Virus record (IMG/VR): IMGVR_UViG_2778261216_000004
Strand: one strand, 5' to 3'
From: a virus
Lineage: Duplodnaviria; Heunggongvirae; Uroviricota; Caudoviricetes
DNA: 37,627 nt
A model generated the notes under the pieces. It was not told where the DNA came from. It was given only the letters and a program-made list of their open reading frames with translations, and did no database searches. Shown in pieces: positions 36,608 through 37,627 of this stretch (positions are counted from its first letter, which is position 1; each line of letters opens with the position of its first letter). The translations under genes were made by a program, and so were the position numbers.

Positions 36608-37627
36608 TTGGAGGGCTTCGCAATGTCAATTAAGAAGCTCGAAGATGGTCGTTATTTGCTGGACATCAGGCCGAACGGACGCAAGGGAAAGCGCGTGCGT
36701 AAGGTATTTGACAAAAAATCGGTAGCGGTGGCCACTGAACGCTACATCATGGCGAACGCTGAAAAGCGGGAATATATACAGGGCTACCGTGATCGCCGAA
36801 CGCTAAATGATTTGCTTGAGTTGTGGTGGATGTATCACGGTCAACACAGGCGTAAGGCGGAAGAAGACCGAAAACAACTGCGCAACATAATCAATGAGCT
36901 TGGCGCTGATATGCAGGCTGTGGATCTTGATAAGCTGAAAATTATCGCGTGGCGTTCTCAAAAGATAGCTGATGGATTGAAACCGTCATCTGCTAACAGG
37001 TACATGAATCGGTTATCCGGAATGTTTACCGTGCTGAAAAAAATAGGTCTTTGGGATGCAGAACATCCGGTAAGGGGAATTTCTATTCTTTATGTATCTC
37101 CACGAGAAATGGCGTTCCTGTCACAGAAGGAAGTTGCGTTATTGCTCGATACATTGGAGGGCGATTACTGGCGTGTTGCTCTTTTGTGTTTAAGCACAGG
37201 AGCGCGCTGGAGTGAAGCCTGTAAGCTCCGTGGTGAACAGATAGTTCATAACCGAGTGACGTTTCTTGAAACCAAAAATGGCCGAAAGAGAACAGTGCCA
37301 ATTTCGCAGGCAGTTTGTGAGGCGATCAAAACCAGAGAAACAGGCGGCTTGTTTGAGGTGAAGTACCGGGAATTCTGCTTGGCGCTGAAAAGAGTTAAGC
37401 CCGATTTACCAAAAGGCCAGGCTGCACATGTGCTGCGGCATACGTTCGCCAGCCATTTTGTGATGAACGGAGGAAACATTATTGCGCTTCAGAAGATTCT
37501 TGGCCACGCAACCATTCAGCAAACAATGGCATATGCACATTTTGCACCGGATTACCTGCAGGATGCGGTGGCCCTTAATCCGTTGAAAGGTGGCGTGAGT
37601 GTCCACGCAGTGTCCACGGGGGATTAA
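36608..37627 (+). CDS. int: Tyrosine integrase, P2 family
   Basis: Matches P2 Int (SIKKLEDGRY, IKPSSINR, LCLSTGARW, HVLRHTFASH, YAHFAPDYLQDA). The stop codon is at the window edge. Confidence 0.9.
   Translation: MEGFAMSIKKLEDGRYLLDIRPNGRKGKRVRKVFDKKSVAVATERYIMANAEKREYIQGYRDRRTLNDLLELWWMYHGQHRRKAEEDRKQLRNIINELGADMQAVDLDKLKIIAWRSQKIADGLKPSSANRYMNRLSGMFTVLKKIGLWDAEHPVRGISILYVSPREMAFLSQKEVALLLDTLEGDYWRVALLCLSTGARWSEACKLRGEQIVHNRVTFLETKNGRKRTVPISQAVCEAIKTRETGGLFEVKYREFCLALKRVKPDLPKGQAAHVLRHTFASHFVMNGGNIIALQKILGHATIQQTMAYAHFAPDYLQDAVALNPLKGGVSVHAVSTGD

Larger units (their letters stand above)
1118..37627. mobile_element. P2-like (Peduovirus-type) prophage; right end not contained in the window
   Basis: Contiguous set of P2-family genes (int, C, cox, A, Q, P, O, N, M, L, X, lysis, R, S, V, W, J, I, H, tfa, FI, FII, E/E', T, U, D, ogr) bounded on the left by host flk and a pdxB start fragment. 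Confidence 0.85.

Noticed and set aside
1-37627. tRNA gene at the attachment site, CRISPR array, rRNA
   Set aside because: No cloverleaf-like sequence at the junction (integration is at a protein-gene start) and no regularly spaced direct-repeat array seen.

Overview
Almost the whole window is one P2-like (Peduovirus-type) prophage of about 36.5 kb, sitting beside the host flagellar regulator gene flk (1-996, minus strand). The left junction appears to fall inside the first codons of pdxB (about 1095-1117); the other attachment site lies beyond the right edge, just after the integrase gene (36608-37627). Read from high to low coordinates the gene order follows P2: int, C repressor, cox, early genes, replication gene A, then Q and P (plus strand) and O-N-M-L-X-holin-endolysin-spanins-R-S-V-W-J-I-H-tfa (minus strand), then D and ogr. 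Three things break that pattern. The FI-FII-E/E'-T-U tail block (5711-11286) is on the opposite strand to its flanking genes H/tfa and D. A macro-domain gene is wedged between tail fibre gene H and its assembly chaperone. Accessory genes sit at several positions: a ParM/ParR-like pair plus a zinc-finger protein between A and the packaging region, an AT-rich orphan ParA-like ATPase between D and ogr, a hexapeptide acyltransferase between U and tfa, a membrane-protein gene with its own promoter inside the early operon, and a hok-like toxin plus a com-like/DNA methyltransferase pair at the left end. No tRNA, rRNA or CRISPR array was seen. All protein identities are from reading the translations against remembered family signatures; no database search was run.
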